Source: a virus (lineage: Duplodnaviria; Caudoviricetes). Taken from it: a DNA stretch of 64,000 nt. The notes under the pieces are model-generated. The model had not been told where the DNA came from, did no database searches, and saw only the letters and a list, made by a program, of their open reading frames with translations. Below are positions 63,851-64,000 of the stretch, piece after piece; the stretch's first letter is position 1, and each line of letters opens with the position of its first letter. The DNA lies in the IMG/VR virus record IMGVR_UViG_3300031088_000782, positions 96,001 through 160,000 of that record; one strand, 5' to 3'. Both the position numbers and the translations under genes were made by a program.

Positions 63851-63963
63851 TTGACAATCAAAATAAAAGTATGTTAGACTAATAATGTCAAAGAGAGATT
63901 GAGGACTTGTTCAGAGAAACAACGAGATAAGGATTTGACAGAAAATAAAAAATATGTTAAACT
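63851..63963 (+). promoter_or_regulatory. second tandem P1/P2 promoter pair with the conserved spacer motif
   Basis: TTGACA-18-TAGACT; TTGAGGACTT motif; TTGACA-17-TAAACT. Confidence 0.7.
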
Positions 63964-64000
63964 TAAACAAGAAACACAGCAACAAAGTTTGATAAATGAA

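Overview
AT-rich window (about one-third GC by eye) from a large extrachromosomal element, either a jumbo phage or a megaplasmid. The host is most likely Actinomycetota, based on the class Ib NrdE, PBP1A-PASTA, MdbA-like DsbA, G5/Rpf-like hydrolases, a class 3 DnaB intein and a short-arm tRNA-Leu(CAA). No virion, ribosomal-protein or rRNA genes are visible. Bases 1-48,000 are almost entirely plus-strand genes. They encode a bacterial-type replication/recombination set (RecA, intein-containing DnaB, DnaC-like loader, beta clamp, delta-like subunit, RecG, PIF1-like and SNF2-like helicases, SbcD-like nuclease, NrdE) and a vWA-metallopeptidase/MoxR pair. They also encode a cell-envelope set (PBP1A, 4xPASTA protein, G5-NlpC/P60, G5-SLT, signal peptidase, two DsbA-like proteins, prepilin-peptidase-like protein) and three zinc-ribbon-repeat endonucleases with 4, 5 and 6 repeats. 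From about 49,100 to the end is a plus-strand array of about 52 canonical tRNAs covering all 20 amino acids (including rare A34 anticodons AGG, AAG and AGT), with HNH and GIY-YIG endonuclease genes and sigma-A promoters followed by rRNA-leader boxA-like motifs. The most striking signal lies between the tRNAs. There are circularly permuted tRNA-like RNAs (T arm, loop-closed acceptor stem, then D arm; YrlA/Y-RNA-like or two-piece tRNA), two of them forming a covarying ~170-nt family. There are also elongated 146-161 nt tRNA-like RNAs (one with Ala identity and encoded CCA) and many other structured ncRNA candidates. An A-AAA-AAG -1 frameshift site joins a lipoprotein signal to a LURP-one-like ORF. 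All RNA structures were folded by eye and need computational and experimental confirmation.
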